Assembly: GCA_045651725.1 (NCBI GenBank)
Contig: JAZRSX010000002.1
Span: 136-64,135, forward strand
Reading direction: 5' to 3'
DNA: 64,000 nt
Source of the DNA: Christensenellaceae bacterium
Lineage (GTDB): Bacteria > Bacillota > Clostridia > Christensenellales > Borkfalkiaceae
In this document: piece by piece, positions 62,860 through 64,000 of the stretch
How positions within the stretch are numbered: the first letter of the stretch is position 1
How the letters are laid out: every line of letters begins with the position of its first letter
The notes under the pieces: model-generated
Databases searched by the model: none
The model's input: the letters and a program-made list of their open reading frames with translations, nothing else
Told to the model about the DNA's origin: nothing
Translations under genes and position numbers: made by a program

Positions 62860-63668
62860 AAGATTATTTTGGAAAAAGTTTAGAAACGTTAAAAGATAAA
62901 AAATTATATCTTTTTGATATGGACGGCACGATTTATAGAGAAAACGAATTGTTTGACGGCGTAATTGAACTTTTAAACTATATTAAAAACAAAGGTGCAA
63001 ATTTTGCCTTTATTACGAACAATCCAACGAAATCTATAAAAGCATATATTAAAAAACTTAGTAAAATGGGCATTAGCGGTTTAACCGAAGAACACTTTTT
63101 TACTTCACTTCAAGCCGCAATTTTAATTTTAAAACAACATTATAGCGACAAGTTAATTCACTTTTTAGGCACTCGTTCTTCTAAAACTGAAATTATTAAA
63201 AACGGTTTGAGAATAACCGATAAATACGAAAGTGATATAGGCGTCGTTTTAGCGTCTTTTGACACCGAACTTTCGGGAAGAAAGATAAGAAATATTTGCG
63301 AAGTTTTAACAAAATTAGACGTGCCTTATTACGCGACTAATAAAGACCTTGTTTGCCCCGTTAGTTTCGGCGCTATACCCGACTGCGGTTCTATGTGCAT
63401 AGGCATTGAATACGCTACGGGTAAAAAACCTATTTATATAGGAAAACCCGAACCGCTTATGATAAACGAACTAATAAAAAAATACGGCGTAACAAACAGT
63501 CAAACGCTTGTTATAGGCGACAGACTTTATACGGATATTGCTTCGGGAATAAACGCAAAAGTAGATACGGTTTGCGTGCTTTCGGGCGAAGCAACGCTTG
63601 ACGATATTAAAACAAGCGAATTTCAACCAACTTTCGTTTTAGATAGCATAAAAGATTTAATAATTTAA
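62856..63668 (+). CDS. HAD-IIA (NagD-like) sugar-phosphate phosphatase
   Basis: LFDMDGTIY, FITNNPTKS, GDRLYTDI. Confidence 0.85.
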   Translation: MKDYFGKSLETLKDKKLYLFDMDGTIYRENELFDGVIELLNYIKNKGANFAFITNNPTKSIKAYIKKLSKMGISGLTEEHFFTSLQAAILILKQHYSDKLIHFLGTRSSKTEIIKNGLRITDKYESDIGVVLASFDTELSGRKIRNICEVLTKLDVPYYATNKDLVCPVSFGAIPDCGSMCIGIEYATGKKPIYIGKPEPLMINELIKKYGVTNSQTLVIGDRLYTDIASGINAKVDTVCVLSGEATLDDIKTSEFQPTFVLDSIKDLII

Positions 63669-63688
63669 TAAAATTATTGCGTTGAGTA

Positions 63689-63717
63689 TTGACATTGCCC
63701 CTTTGCAATGCTATAAT
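63689..63717 (+). promoter_or_regulatory. Consensus SigA promoter upstream of mgtC
   Basis: TTGACA-17-TATAAT. Confidence 0.75.
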
Positions 63718-63756
63718 TAGAAAACTATAATTTTTTAAGGATAAATTTTATATATT

Positions 63757-64000
63757 ATGGAATCTTTTATTGAACAACTTTACATGCTTCCAGACCTTCT
63801 TTTATCGGTAATATTAGGCTTTGTTATCGGTTTAGAAAGAAAACTTCGCTTAAAAGAAGCGGGCATTAAAACTCACACAATCGTGTGTTTAGGCGCATCA
63901 CTTATGATGGTTATATCTAAAAATGCCTTTAATAGCGACGCTGATACCGCGCGTGTTGCCGCGCAAATAGTTGCGGGCGTAGGCTTTTTGGGTGCAGGTA
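63757..64000 (+). CDS. mgtC: MgtC/SapB family membrane protein (5' part; runs off the window)
   Basis: LSVILGFVIGLERKLRLKEAGIKTHTIVCLGASL...AAQIVAGVGFLGAG. Confidence 0.85.
   Translation, partial: MESFIEQLYMLPDLLLSVILGFVIGLERKLRLKEAGIKTHTIVCLGASLMMVISKNAFNSDADTARVAAQIVAGVGFLGAG

Noticed and set aside
1-64000. CRISPR arrays, rRNA genes, IS elements, integrases, prophage genes
   Set aside because: None seen. The only short repeats are the 21-bp tandem duplication, the tRNA-3' direct repeat, the GGGAAG hairpins and the ACS paralog 3' ends. None has CRISPR repeat-spacer periodicity, and no transposase or recombinase motifs occur in any listed ORF.

Overview
64-kb chromosomal segment of a low-GC but CpG-rich Firmicutes/Clostridia-like anaerobe, judged from T-box leaders, a CIRCE operator, CCA-encoding tRNAs and G-rich Shine-Dalgarno sites. 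Most genes are minus-strand housekeeping operons. These are argG-argC-argJ-argB-argD-argF; a complete his operon led by a YerC/TrpR-like regulator and containing a fused hisZ-hisG; a polar amino-acid ABC transporter with a second YerC paralog and queH; htpG behind a perfect CIRCE; yceD-rpmF; and pta-ackA. Other content: a six-tRNA operon (Gly-Arg-His-Gln-Lys-Lys), an AbrB-regulated ABC-2 exporter, putP, a GH29 fucosidase, a GlpR / GlpA-like / DUF1667 cluster, and the start of mgtC. I found no rRNA, CRISPR array, integrase or transposase. The most interesting region is 41.1-56.6 kb. Three co-directional T-box leaders, whose specifiers I read as Ile (AUC), Val (GUA) and Leu (CUC), each precede a different AMP-forming acyl-CoA synthetase. 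With them sit a four-subunit 2-oxoacid:ferredoxin oxidoreductase, IlvE, a catalytically degenerate LeuA-like protein, a DUF554 membrane protein, a P-loop NTPase and an amidohydrolase-2 protein. I interpret this as a candidate starvation-induced pathway making branched-chain amino acids from branched-chain fatty acids by reductive carboxylation. A second point of interest lies downstream of tRNA-Lys(CUU): a 24-bp duplication of the tRNA 3' end brackets a 240-bp hairpin-dense ORF-less segment, followed by a CpG-depleted SLOG + XRE islet. All calls come from reading the sequence and ORF translations by eye; no searches were run.
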